A stretch of 63,138 bases of DNA, filler included, from Sphacelaria rigidula (taxonomy: Eukaryota): the NCBI GenBank assembly GCA_964200075.2. It is 9 parts of 9 records of this genome, joined end to end, with 100 filler letters (N's around TTAATTAATTAA, not from the genome) between each part and the next. Parts side by side here need not be neighbours in the genome. Positions count along the whole stretch, not along the records: positions 56,214 to 63,138 come from CAXNAA020017372.1; 8 more parts are not named here. One strand, written 5' to 3'. The translations under genes were made by a program, and so were the position numbers. Below are positions 63,049-63,138 of the stretch, one piece after another. The notes below the pieces were generated by a model, which was given only the letters and a program-made list of their open reading frames with translations, did no database searches and had not been told where the DNA came from. Each line of letters opens with the position of its first letter. Positions within the stretch are counted from its first letter, which is position 1.

Positions 63049-63138
63049 GGGGGGGGGGGAGGGGGGGGCAGGGGAGGGAAGTACCCCTATGTTGCTTGCC
63101 TTGTTCGTTTGACCATTGACCCCGTACCCCTTCGATAC
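63049..63138 (-). mobile_element. Non-LTR retrotransposon 3' end with C-rich tail (cut by window end)
   Basis: G-run + ...TGTTGCTTGCCTTGTTCGTTTGACCATTGACC. Confidence 0.8.

Noticed and set aside
9578-63138. Strand bias of C-tailed LINE copies (mostly minus)
   Set aside because: Contig orientations are arbitrary, the sample is small, and a plus-strand sister copy exists at 21897

Overview
Eukaryotic, transposon-dense DNA, most likely from a brown alga (Phaeophyceae). This is inferred from long introns, an ankyrin gene with a WRRRGWLV...FRRIVSFL end, an EsPKS1-like exon and WxDD-type gypsy RT. The window is not one locus. It is nine ~6.93-kb contigs of decreasing length (6928, 6928, 6927, 6927, 6926, 6926, 6926, 6925, 6925 nt) joined by 100-nt N/TTAATTAATTAA linkers, so nothing should be inferred across gaps. 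Host-gene pieces: the last three exons of an MGDG synthase, the terminal exon of an ankyrin-repeat gene, single exons of a type III PKS and a GH17 glucanase, and a His/Gly/Arg-rich pseudogene. Mobile DNA: a full-length decayed chromodomain Ty3/gypsy nested in a Copia RT, a non-autonomous LTR element in the MGD intron, an RT-less Copia, tRNA-derived SINEs, and many MITE/foldback elements (Sola2-, hAT-, CMC-like, unclassified), some with phased 42/85-bp subterminal arrays. The most unusual signal is a non-LTR retrotransposon group whose copies end in ATGAGTA plus a C-rich tract instead of poly(A). Its target-site duplications lie at G/C runs, a G/C mirror image of L1-type target-primed reverse transcription.
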